In this document: positions 1 to 11,155 of the stretch, in pieces
How the letters are laid out: each line of letters opens with the position of its first letter
How positions within the stretch are numbered: position 1 is the stretch's first letter
Assembly (NCBI GenBank): GCA_003427395.1
Contig: BFEA01000030.1
Location: 2,696,822-2,754,619 of the forward strand
DNA: 57,798 nucleotides
Source of the DNA: Chara braunii
Taxonomy: Eukaryota > Plantae > Charophyceae
Direction of reading: 5' to 3'
Position numbers and translations under genes: made by a program
Notes under the pieces: model-generated
Database searches by the model: none
What the model saw: only the letters and a program-made list of their open reading frames with translations
Told to the model about the DNA's origin: nothing

Positions 1-3000
1 TATTTTCTTCGATTTCGCCCTTACCCCCCTAACCAAAAATTATATTTTTTTCGTTTTTTTTTGCCTGATGGGGTGGGGCTGGGGTTGCGCCGCCACGTGG
101 CGCTTCCCGTTTCCCAAACCCCTTTCCCCAGCGGCCGCCACGCGTCCGCGAACACGCACGTCCGCGCGGACGCGTCCGAGGGGTCGCGGACTAGGCCGCG
201 GCCGCGGACTTGGTCGTGCCTGTCCGCCGCTGAGGGGGATTCATAGGAGATGAGGTCCTCCAGACTGATCCGGTCGCTTTGCTATTTGCTTAAGACATTG
301 AAATGGGGCTGGAGATGAGGTCCTCCTGACCGATCCGGTCGCTNNNNNNNNNNNNNNNNNNNNNNNNNNNNNNNNNNNNNNNNNNNNNNNNNNNNNNNNN
401 NNNNNNNNNNNNNNNNNNNNNNNNNNNNNNNNNNNNNNNNNNNNNNNNNNNNNNNNNNNNNNNNNNNNNNNNNNNNNNNNNNNNNNNNNNNNNNNNNNNN
501 NNNNNNNNNNNNNNNNNNNNNNNNNNNNNNNNNNNNNNNNNNNNNNNNNNNNNNNNNNNNNNNNNNNNNNNNNNNNNNNNNNNNNNNNNNNNNNNNNNNN
601 NNNNNNNNNNNNNNNNNNNNNNNNNNNNNNNNNNNNNNNNNNNNNNNNNNNNNNNNNNNNNNNNNNNNNNNNNNNNNNGGTCCTCCTGACCGATCCGGTC
701 GCTTTGCTGTTTGCTTAAGACATTGAAATGGGGCTGGGGATGAGGTCCTCCAGACTGATCCGGTCGCTTTGCTGATTGCCTAAGAGATTGAAATGAGGCT
801 GGAGATGAGGTCCTTCTGACCGATCCGGTCGCTTTGCTGAATCGGTCAGTTTTGCTTGTTGACCAAGGGTCTGACTCTTCTCCTTGTGAGAATAGTTCGG
901 GCTAAGCGTGTTAGTGATTGCATGGGGTTTGACTGAGAACAACTTGGAAGGTTAATGAACTAAGTAAGATACAAGACTTATGTTTTTTGTGATCAAGATA
1001 AGCAAAAGATAAAAACTTTGGATGAACGAACCCTTGTTTTGAATTTGGTTGAATGCATTGTTGATGTGACATGCTTGTTGGCAATGCCTTGTCTTTTGCT
1101 CAAGCTCTGTTTATCTTCTGCATTATAGGGTAGTCTGTTAGTGCTCGCCTTATGCTTGAGCGATAGGCAGGCAGATGCTCACCTTTGTTTTTCGCATTTA
1201 TCTTCTTATGCATGATTGTTTTTTATAGGACTTTGGCTAGCCTCTGAGATAGTGGAAGTTCTAGAAGCCTCTTTTCCTTAGGGGAAGTGCTGCCGAAATT
1301 TCTGCTAAACATTCAGGGTTAGTCAAGTCTCGGAGATGTCAACTAGGATAGGATATAGTTTGGTCTTTTGGAGTCAATAGGAATTTTGGAGGCCTTCCTT
1401 TCTAAAGGAAAGGCTGCCGAAATTTCTACCGAAACCAAAGAGTTAGCTTATTTTCATATATTTTTTTGAATCTCGAGTTTTCTTTTCAGATTTGGTATAA
1501 TAAATATTTTGCGAGCACAGTTCCCGGAAGTGCTGCCGAAATTTTTGGGATTTTCATATCGTTACTGGACGCAGCTGCTAAGTAAGCTTAGAGTGCGTTA
1601 CGGAGTTGAACTCCGTTAACTCGACAGGCGATGCCTGCCTTGATTATTGTGGCGCAGGTCATTGCTACCTGCGAGAGTTTCTTCGAAGTCTTGAGCTTCA
1701 TCAACTGCTGCTATCACCTGATAGCAGGTCGGTTTGCGACTCAACTCCTACCCACCATGATACCCACGCCCAAATGTCTGTGACCCTGTAGGCGAAAGAC
1801 ATTTTCGTGTGAAAGAAAACCTACCCTTGGTACCTCTCTTGAATGACCACCCAAAAGCTGTGCGAATCGGGACGGGCGGATATGCCTTTGTTGAGTGGGG
1901 GTCGGAAAGGGGCGTATGGGACATGAACCTAGGAGCTGAGGAGTTGACCACGTTTTGTAGCATATGCGTGTGGATTTTCATTGGATTCCATGTGTGTGCA
2001 GGTATGTATGGGAGCGATGGCTCGCTCCTGGATTTGAGAGTGGTACGGATGAATGAAGGCAGGGTGTGAGTGACAAGGTTCAACGATGGCTGTGAGAATG
2101 ACTCTCCCTGATTTCCCTGAGACTCGCCTTATTTTATATTTTGCTTTTGCCGCACGCATCTAACGAGCAGGCATGAGTAGCCAAGCGCAAGGTTTAGCGC
2201 TCGACCTTAGATCGGACTAAGACTTAGTTTGGGTACGGCGAATTGCTCGCCAACCCGTGATTACTCGTATTTTCCTTCCGCAGGGGAAGGACGAGCGTAC
2301 CTCGTCTCAAAGTGGTCTTGTTTTTTTTCGATTATTTGTCGGACGTTGGTCCTGAGCCTGGAATTCGAGGTCCTTGTCCAGGACATCCCAGGCTCTGGTC
2401 CAGCACAATAAGTTGTCCCCCTTGAGCCGGATCTGCGCCCCTTGCTTATCGTCATCCACTGCCTAAAAAACAGGGGTGCTGCAAGGGCCGAACAACTTTC
2501 CTTCAGCCGTGCAATATCGTGAAGGAGAAACCCTTCACGATATTTTGCTTTCGACATACGCAACCATGGGAGGTTGCACGGATGTGGGTAACGCATGAAG
2601 CGTCGCCATGATAGCAGACTAAGTGAGAACACATGACTGAACGTTATGGTTCCCATGGCAGTGACATTCTTTTTATGCAACTCTGCACGGACCTCGCTCA
2701 GTCATATTGGCAGTTCTGAGTTATGGGTCAGGACGTATGAAAAAGGGACTAGGCTAATTTGCTTGTATGAGTTACTTTGTTTCGTCGTGTATCACGTGGT
2801 TGAGTTAGGATGTCCTAGTCGACTGACTCGCACGTGGGAGATCAGCGCCCCAGTGTGACGGTTCGCGTATGAGTCCGAGCTAGGCGTGGACCGCGCGTAC
2901 CCCCTATGCTACAGCATACGAGAAACGCCCTCGACTGAGCCACCTCCGCGATTGCAAATAAAAGATTTCACGTGTGGTTCAGTAGCTCGGCGGGGATACG

Positions 3001-3213
3001 CCCACCCAAGAGATGGTGACAGCTCCCGCGGGTGAAGGTAAGTTGTACCTCGCAAGACCCTATCCTGTCGTAGGGGCTCCATGGAGGTATAGCTGACGCA
3101 CTCGGCCGGAGCGGCTCTGCCAATTCCCTTTTCGTGAAGCGACATGCGAATTCTGCCAATCCTGCGTGACGCGGCCAGGAAAGGTTCCCCTAGCGGGGAC
3201 CGTGCGCGCGACA
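1..3213 (+). mobile_element. 3' portion of a giant LTR (family A), related to the LTRs at 13727-18232 and 24351-32086; left boundary not visible
   Basis: Ends GCGCGACA at 3213 (relatives end GCTCGACA). From ~1270 to 3213 it is colinear with 16200-18232, sharing the TGCCGAAATT trimer and near-identical blocks such as ACCGCGCGTACCCCCTATGCTACAGC. No PBS follows, so it is a 3' or solo LTR. Membership of 1-1270 is assumed. Confidence 0.75.
247..850. repeat. ~64-bp tandem repeat spanning an N gap (344-678), two alternating variants
   Basis: Unit GGAGATGAGGTCCTCC(A/T)GAC(T/C)GATCCGGTCGCTTTGCT..TTGCTTAAGACATTGAAATGGGGCT seen at 247, 311, ~679 (partial), 737 and 801. Confidence 0.9.
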
Positions 3214-3268
3214 ACGCCTTATTTGAAAACAAAAGAAAAAGAAGAGAAAAGCGAAAAAGACCGTAGAA
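3214..3268 (-). repeat. Stub of the Gypsy 3' LTR
   Basis: Matches 13352-13406. Starts TTCTACG on minus (TGCTACG in the other copy) and stops exactly at the CA end of the family A LTR. Confidence 0.65.
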
Positions 3269-3272
3269 GAAG

Positions 3273-3284
3273 TTGTTCCCCTTC
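3273..3284 (-). promoter_or_regulatory. Putative polypurine tract (PPT) of the Gypsy element
   Basis: Minus-strand GAAGGGGAACAA (GGAAGGGGAAAAA in the 13411-13423 copy), 4 nt before the inferred LTR start. Confidence 0.5.
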
Positions 3285-3292
3285 GGCGCTCG

Positions 3293-5170
3293 CTAAGGCG
3301 TGGGCCCATTGTCCCAAGGTCCATAACCACCACCGTTGGCGGGGATAGGCGGGGGTGGATCATTCGGGAGAGGCGGTAAGAAATTCGCCATCCCCATCAC
3401 CGTTTCCGGGAGCTCCTGGTACCTGATGATGCGATGGATGCGGGGGAAGCAATTTTCGCCTTCAGGGAGGGAAGCAAGATAATCGGGATAGAGGGTTGAG
3501 AAGGTGCGAAACAGCGCCGCACGAAACTGCTCATGATCTGCACACACGGGGATAGTTCCCGAGAGGATGCAGTAGACTTCAATGACGTCCTGGTCTCACC
3601 ACACGGCGCTGATCAGAAGGACGTGGAGATAGAAGGAAGAAGAGACACATTGGGTGGCGGGGTGTGGATATACATCGGCGACGAGGCGGGTGGCGTAGAA
3701 TTGGTGGAAGGTCGAAGGAGGAAAAGGATTGGAGGGGAAAGAGCGCGGAGTGTCGATCTGTCGGAAGGTGATGTAATCAAGGGGACGGCGGGATAGGGAA
3801 CGGAGACGTAGCCCGATGTCCCTAATTGCCACGAGCTCGAAATGAGGGACGGGGGGAAGGGGAGGGGGAGTGGGATCGCCTGTGCGTCGCCGTGCCAGAA
3901 GTCTTTGCATGAGGGTGCTCATCTTCCTTGGCCGGCGGCTCGGGATCTTTAGTCGGGTCGCCCGGAACACGCAGGTCAACTCCTACCAACAGTTCCAATG
4001 ACTGCTTTCCTTTTGCGATGGCCGTCCTACGCCGTTCTCTCTTCGGATCCTCCTCCTGGGCTTCCGTCTGCTCCGCTTCCCCTTCTCTGGCCGCTTCTTC
4101 TTCGGCCTCCTCCCGCTCTTCTACTTCTTCTTCTTTGCTCACCGCCCCCGCCTCATGCTCACTATGCTCGCTATAATCCTCGTCCTCTTCGGAGGCCTCT
4201 TCCTCGGTTTCTTCCTCTTCCTCGTCCTCCTCCTCCTCCTCCTCCTCCTCTCGTCCGCTCACCAGGCTGAAGAGAGCGTCCGTAATCATCCCGGGATTCA
4301 GGCAGCTGTGCGATGGGTAACACGCGTTGTCATCATCGCCTTCCAGGCATGCTGACCATTGCAGATACGGTACCAGGCGGCGCGAGAGGATGTGTGGTAC
4401 TGGACTCTTGTCGGAGTGCGAGATGACGTCAAGCGGAAGGTCGTCGAGTAGCTCGGTCTGAAGGATCGGTAGATCGTTTATGATCGTCCGTCAATGGCCC
4501 GACTCGACTGATCCGAAGACGAATCCTAGAAAATCCCCCTCCGTGACCGCCTTCCAAGCCTGAATGAGTAGCAGCTCGACGTTCTCACTAACAACTGGCT
4601 GGTCACCCTCCTTCCACCACGTCAGATCGATATCGATCAAGCACAGCGAAATAGTCACATACGTCTGCCACCACCTTAGCCACTGCTCCAGCTTGATCTT
4701 GGGAAGCATAAGCGGGCGTACACAGAAAGAGAGGCGGGGATGGAGTGCGGATTGCCAGAAGAGAGGAAAGGTAGAGGGGAGACTGAAGGTAGAGAATCTG
4801 GAACGATTCATTGGGGGCACAGGAAGGGGACAAGTTCGGGGATGAGCACCGCTGGTGCATGCCGAGAGAGGCGAATGCTGTCTGTGTCAATACTGTCGGT
4901 ATTGACGATGTTCTCCCCCCGCTGCACGAGCATCTGACTCCACACCCTCGACAATTGTGCTCCCCACGCTCGCAACGAGTCAAGGATGGTCGTATGCGCT
5001 CTGGGATCGAGCGGCGTAAGATCCCCGCTGAAGATGATGACTGTCGAGATGTGAGCAGTTCTTGGCGCTGAGAGCCGGCGGTAAGCCGAGGCTTCGTCCA
5101 ACAAGAGTGACCTACTATTGGGGATCGCAAACCGAAACTCTACCTCCGCGTAGAATCCCGCTGTACTGAA
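3293..5170 (-). pseudogene. Extra coding region downstream of pol, unknown function, with a poly-Glu tract; fragmented
   Basis: Consecutive minus-strand ORF pieces 4808-5104, 4491-4820, 3822-4289 and 3293-3547. The 4491 and 3822 pieces join in frame through one TGA (ELLLIQAWKAVTEGDFLGFVFGSVESGH*RTIINDL...EEEEEEEEDEEEE). Confidence 0.6.
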
Positions 5171-5289
5171 GAACTAGGCGAAGCGGAGAGCGTCCGAGTT
5201 GATGTGCGGCTGATACACTTGCCGAATCAATGAGATATGCCCACCTGGCGCCAACATGCGTTCACTGAGTACCTGCTCTGTGGAGAAAC

Positions 5290-6482
5290 TCATGGCGAAG
5301 AGGAGGGAGAAGATGAGCGAGTAGGAGAGAGAGAATGAGGCTCGTCGCTGTCCCACTCAGACTTCGAAAGCGACCCAACTGGAGAAGGAGGGGAGGAAGT
5401 CGAGAGATGGGGGAGGTAGGACACGTGGCGGACGATAGGCCTAGCCGACCGGCTACCGGACACCTCAGGAGCAAGCCACACCGTGTTCACGCCGTTAGGA
5501 CCGAGCTCGATCACTCTGAAGCATCCGTGGAATCGTGGCACTAGCTTGCCCTGGCGCGCACATTTCCTTACCTTCACCAAGTCCCCCAATTTGCACTGGG
5601 GCCGAGGGCCAGCATTCCCATTTCGGGCCTCATAACTCCGGACCTGGCATCCGTGGGCCAATTCAGTCATATGCTGTCTTTTCCGGGCCAATCTCGGAAG
5701 GGCCCGTTCCATAACGTCCAGATGGCGCTTGGCCTTGTCCTTGGCCGTCGCCCGTGTGGGACGTTTGTCCAGCGTCGTTTCATTATTTAAGTTCGGTATC
5801 GAGACACAAGATAGACTGTTGGTACGTACCTGGAAAGGTGAAAGTCCGGTAGATTCATGCGGGGTGCCTCGGTGTATAGCCAAGATGTGATCTACGATAA
5901 TAGGCCACTGTCGCGTGTCCTTAGCTGCAATATTCCGTCGAAGTGCCGTTTTAATTACCCGGTTGGCATTTTCTACGAGGTCGTTCGATTGAGACATATG
6001 GGGAGCCGTATTACGAATAGACACCCCGTGTACGACCAGGTTCCTCATGACTTCTCCCCTGAATTCAGCTCCGTTGTCGGTAAGGATTTCTTCGGTGTCC
6101 TGATGCATCCCGAGGAAACGGTTGACATACCGCGCTATTTCCGCCGTCTGTCTTGTCCAACATGGGTAGGCCTCGATCCACTTTGAGAAGTGGTCGACAA
6201 ACACCAAGAGAATTGAATATTCACAACTATTCGGTCCAGGGGGGACGATAATATCTGTCGTGTCCATGCTAACCCTTTGAAATGGTCGTTGGACTACGGT
6301 GGGCACTATCGACCTAGGTGGCTGAATCGGTGCCTTGTCGGCCGCACAGTCAAAACAATTTTTAACAATATATTTAACATCGTCCCTAATGTTGGACCAA
6401 TACCATTCATTCTTGTCGATGGCAGATTCGGTGATCCTGACCGCGAAATGGGTTGCTGTCTCTTTGTGGGTTGCTTTAACCC
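5290..6482 (-). pseudogene. pol: Gypsy integrase (zinc finger, DDE core, GPY/F-like tail); 5' part lost in the N gap 6483-7452
   Basis: HKETATH...CFDC zinc finger; PFQRVSMDT; VDHFSKWIEAYP; ILTDNGAEF; LVENANRVIK; FHGCFRV. Confidence 0.93.
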
Positions 6483-7452
6483 NNNNNNNNNNNNNNNNNN
6501 NNNNNNNNNNNNNNNNNNNNNNNNNNNNNNNNNNNNNNNNNNNNNNNNNNNNNNNNNNNNNNNNNNNNNNNNNNNNNNNNNNNNNNNNNNNNNNNNNNNN
6601 NNNNNNNNNNNNNNNNNNNNNNNNNNNNNNNNNNNNNNNNNNNNNNNNNNNNNNNNNNNNNNNNNNNNNNNNNNNNNNNNNNNNNNNNNNNNNNNNNNNN
6701 NNNNNNNNNNNNNNNNNNNNNNNNNNNNNNNNNNNNNNNNNNNNNNNNNNNNNNNNNNNNNNNNNNNNNNNNNNNNNNNNNNNNNNNNNNNNNNNNNNNN
6801 NNNNNNNNNNNNNNNNNNNNNNNNNNNNNNNNNNNNNNNNNNNNNNNNNNNNNNNNNNNNNNNNNNNNNNNNNNNNNNNNNNNNNNNNNNNNNNNNNNNN
6901 NNNNNNNNNNNNNNNNNNNNNNNNNNNNNNNNNNNNNNNNNNNNNNNNNNNNNNNNNNNNNNNNNNNNNNNNNNNNNNNNNNNNNNNNNNNNNNNNNNNN
7001 NNNNNNNNNNNNNNNNNNNNNNNNNNNNNNNNNNNNNNNNNNNNNNNNNNNNNNNNNNNNNNNNNNNNNNNNNNNNNNNNNNNNNNNNNNNNNNNNNNNN
7101 NNNNNNNNNNNNNNNNNNNNNNNNNNNNNNNNNNNNNNNNNNNNNNNNNNNNNNNNNNNNNNNNNNNNNNNNNNNNNNNNNNNNNNNNNNNNNNNNNNNN
7201 NNNNNNNNNNNNNNNNNNNNNNNNNNNNNNNNNNNNNNNNNNNNNNNNNNNNNNNNNNNNNNNNNNNNNNNNNNNNNNNNNNNNNNNNNNNNNNNNNNNN
7301 NNNNNNNNNNNNNNNNNNNNNNNNNNNNNNNNNNNNNNNNNNNNNNNNNNNNNNNNNNNNNNNNNNNNNNNNNNNNNNNNNNNNNNNNNNNNNNNNNNNN
7401 NNNNNNNNNNNNNNNNNNNNNNNNNNNNNNNNNNNNNNNNNNNNNNNNNNNN

Positions 7453-10217
7453 GTCCTCGAAGCACATTCGACCACGTGCTCCCGCCCGTCTTTCCCCTTC
7501 TGAGTTAGGATTGCGGAGATAGCCTCGGGCTGCCAGTCAGTAATGAGTAGGAACTGGCGCTCGGGATCGGGCCGGATTAAAATAGGGGTCGAGGTCAGGG
7601 CCTCCTTCAAAGTGCAAAAGGCCTGCTCACACTCCGCGTCCCAGCTCAGCGGCTGGTCCTTCCGCAGGAGGTTCGTCAGGGGTCGAGCGATTGCCGCAAA
7701 TCCCTTGATAAACCGTCGATAGAATGAGGCCAGTCCCCGGAAGGCTCGAGCCTACGTCAATGACGTGGGCGTGGGTGCTTCCCGAACAGCCTCGACCTTC
7801 CTCGAATCCGGTCTCAAGCCTCCTCGGGTTGCCACGTATCCCAGGAACGAGATCTCGGACAGGAAGAATTCGCTTTTCTCCAACGCAATCTTGAAACCGG
7901 CATCCCGTAGCGAGCCAAGTGTCCATTCAATATGCTGCGCGTGTCCATGGAATGATTCAGAATATACCAAAATATCGTCCATGTACACGATAACGCAAAA
8001 ATTGATCACGCCCTGAGTTAACTTGGTCTTGTTCACGAAGTTCTGGAAAGTGACATTCATTGCCCGCTGGAAAGTTGCCGGCGCATTGCATATACCCATA
8101 GGGCATTGAACCCACTGCCACGTGCCCTCAAACAAGACAAACGTCGTCTTCGGTCGATCTTCTTCCCTCACAAGCATATGGTGGAACCCGTGCCGAATAT
8201 CAAATTTACTGAAATAATTCGCACAGCCAATCGCATCCAGTAGATCATCAATTCGAGGGAGGGGGTACACATCCTTGATCGTGATGTCATTCAATTTCCG
8301 ATAATCAATGCAAATGCGAACTGATCCGTTCTTTTTCGGAACCAAAACTACTTGAAAGGACCAAGGACCGATATCGGGCTCTATCCAACCATTAGCCTCG
8401 AATTCCTGGATTCGCTCGAGTGCCGCCTTTCGTTCTGCCAATGAGTATCGATATGGTTTGCAATGAATCAGCGGGTGATTGCCGGTCTGAATCTCGTGTT
8501 GGATTATTAAGGATAACCCAATGTTTGCGTCATCAATGCTGATAGCACCCCGATATTCCTGTACGATCTCTGCAATAAGTTGGTGGGTTCCGTCGGGCAG
8601 GTATTCTGGCACGTGCAACTCGTAAGGCCGCCCGTGTATATCGACTGTAACGTGTTTGGTACGTACTGCCTTAGAGTCCCGGGGCGGCGGGGAAGAGATG
8701 AAAGAGTTGTCCGACCGCCACGAGAACACGGTGGCTACCATCAGGGCTTCTTCCTCTCGGATGGCCACGTGTTCTTCGGGGGTTATTCCATCCTCGATAT
8801 CCCAGGGATCCACCGATTTCTCAGCGATTCTTATCCCGACATCAAACATCGAGGCTTCGGGGCACCCAGGAGGTTCCGGAGCCTGTACTTCCGCTCCTAG
8901 ACGCAACAATCGTATCTCCTTGTCTGTGGTAAGAAGCGATCGGGGAGGGGGTTCCGTGACGTCGCAGAAGGACCGCTTATCTACGTATCGGGGAAGCAAG
9001 GGAGTAGCGTCCTCGTACAGGGTCCGCGTGGGTTCCGAAGAGTTGGGAATCCTGGACACCTGTACCAGGGGTTCTCCTATGATCAGAGCTCGCGTTCGTT
9101 GGACATTCTCTTCGGTCCACACGAACGTTTTCGTCGTTTTCTGCTGGACTGGGTAACGAATTATCCTTCGTGTCAACTCTTGAACCACCGGGTCTATCTC
9201 ATCCTCGCTTTCCGAATCCTCGAGGAGCGGGGACGCGTGTTCTTCGTTGCTAGTCTCTGAGTCCTCTAGGAGTCCGTCCCAGGTGACTGTCTGAATCGGC
9301 CCGCCTACCTCTGGGTGAGATCTACGTGGCGGGTTGGTAGTCGTGCGGAGGGTGAGGCGCATGGGGACTGCATACGGCTTAACCCCGGTATTCTTGATAA
9401 CCACCTCCCGCCGCTCAAAGTGTAGATTGGCCTGGAGGGCGTCTAACGCAGGCAGTCCGATGAGTACGTCGTACGAGTTCACATTGAGAACCACCACGTC
9501 TCCCAAGGCGTGAACTTTTCCCAACTTAAAGGCGACGTTTGTCATTTTTCCTACTGCTCTGATCCTCTCCTCATCGGCGGAGATCAAACGGTCTCCTTCG
9601 TTGAGTGGGATCAAATCCTTCCTTCTTCCGGCCCGTTCCACTACTTGCAAAGATATTGCCAACACCGCTGCCCCGGAATCAAGGATCGCGCTGTATGGGA
9701 CTCCCCAGATCTCCACGTTACACTCCGTGGACTTCCACGGGATGGTTTTGACGCGCAGAAAATGGTCGCTTTTCTGGAGAAGTCCCAGGCGTACAGGCTC
9801 TGAGGGTCCGGGTGCATCCGACTTTGTCTCTTTTACGGGAGCCTTTCCCCTGGCCGTTGCCAGCTTGGCAAGTGCGAATCGTTTTCGATTGGCCTTGCAA
9901 TGCTGGAGCATGCGATCATTGGCCTGTTCCGATATGGACAACAGGTGGCCGATCGGAAGCGGAATGCGGTGGTCTAAGGCTCAGACGATGTCCAGAACAT
10001 CGATCTTTCCAGTGACGAACTCAGGACCGCCGGATTCCATCTCCCCAGGGGATGGTCGCCATTCCGAGATCTCGCGCTCATCGTCCGCGGGCTGGATTGC
10101 CCCTATCATCCCGAGCCCCGGATATCCCAAGGAGAGGAATTGATCCAGTGGGATGAGCTCTGCGACTTCCTCGACTACCCCTGTATTCGGTACTACCATG
10201 TCCGTTTCTTCTACCAT
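7453..10217 (-). pseudogene. pol: Gypsy pol: aspartic protease, reverse transcriptase and start of RNase H, with premature stops
   Basis: AILDSGA (protease); RICIDYRKLN, YPLPRIDDLLD, PMGICNAPATFQ, YMDDILVYS (RT); FLLITDWQPEAISAILTQ (RNase H). In-frame stops at ~9981, ~7752 and ~7627. Confidence 0.95.
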
Positions 10218-11025
10218 GGTTCCTACTGTATTCGGTACTACCGAGCCGCAAGGCTGCCACCTGTTCCAGATAGGTAACAGGGTCTGACACGAAGCCCATA
10301 TTTTCGAACTTATGTTGCAGGGCGGCTAGTTCCATCCTTGCGCGGGTCAGTTTCGTAGAGTCACCTTCTTTAGCGCGATCTTCCCCCTCGAGGAAGCTAG
10401 CAGCGAACTTTCGCTTCATCTCTTCTGCTGCGTCCATGATTTGCGTCAAGGTGAAGGTGATGGGGGAGAACTGTTTTCGTATCTTAGCTCGTATAGCTCT
10501 TCTTCGAAGTCCATCTATAAAAAATTATCTTCCTACCTTCTCGTCTCTCGGAGATTTTACAAACAGTCGGTAAAACCGACTATGGTATTCCGCAATAGAC
10601 TCGAGGGGCTTCTGCACTCTGTCTTTGATCATAAAGAATGCTTGCTCTGGATGTATGTAGTCAAATCGGTGTAAGAAGTCCCTCTCGAAGGTAGGAAGGT
10701 CAGTCCATATGTCGGTGCTAAGCCAGTGATGGGCGTCGCCTCCTAATCGGGCTGGGATGTTAATCCTGGCTTAATCATTATCGTATTGTTGCGCTCAGAG
10801 CGTGGCAAGCCAAGCTCCTGCCAGGTGATGCGCTGGATCGAACAAATACAGATCTGGCGGGGTTGCTGGAGTGCGGGCACGTGCAGGCTGGGGCACGGGA
10901 TGAGGCGCAAGCCCCGGGCCGCCCCCTGCCCCGCCTTGTGCTTGATTGGCTGGGGCCTGATTGGCGTTTGCCTGATTAGCATTCATGTCGTCTACCGATC
11001 TGCCCACAGACCTGCTCCTTGTCAC
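10078..11025 (-). pseudogene. gag: Gypsy gag, with frameshifts and stops
   Basis: ATG at 11025 just after the PBS. Manual translation gives FERDFLHRF..VQKPLESIAEYHSRFYRL..FFIDGL, typical of retrotransposon capsid, continuing into ORF 10078-10449. Confidence 0.75.
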
Positions 11026-11140
11026 TACAGGTTCGCGTGCCGACTCGTTCCTTTGCGCAGACCGTCCCTGTTTTGGGGTCGCTAGATCGGTTGAACTAGA
11101 GAGCCGAGCAACTTGTCAATCCCTGGGCTTGACACGTGTC

Positions 11141-11153
11141 GGCTCCGATACCA
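11141..11153 (-). promoter_or_regulatory. Primer-binding site for initiator tRNA-Met
   Basis: Minus-strand TGGTATCGGAGCC versus the canonical plant TGGTATCAGAGCC (one mismatch); lies ~115 bp before the gag ATG. Confidence 0.8.
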
Positions 11154-11155
11154 AC

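Noticed and set aside
3214-3336. 123-bp direct repeats as complete mini-LTRs or a circularly permuted element
   Set aside because: The PBS lies 2.2 kb inside, and the left copy is cut exactly at the CA end of another LTR, which indicates nested insertion.
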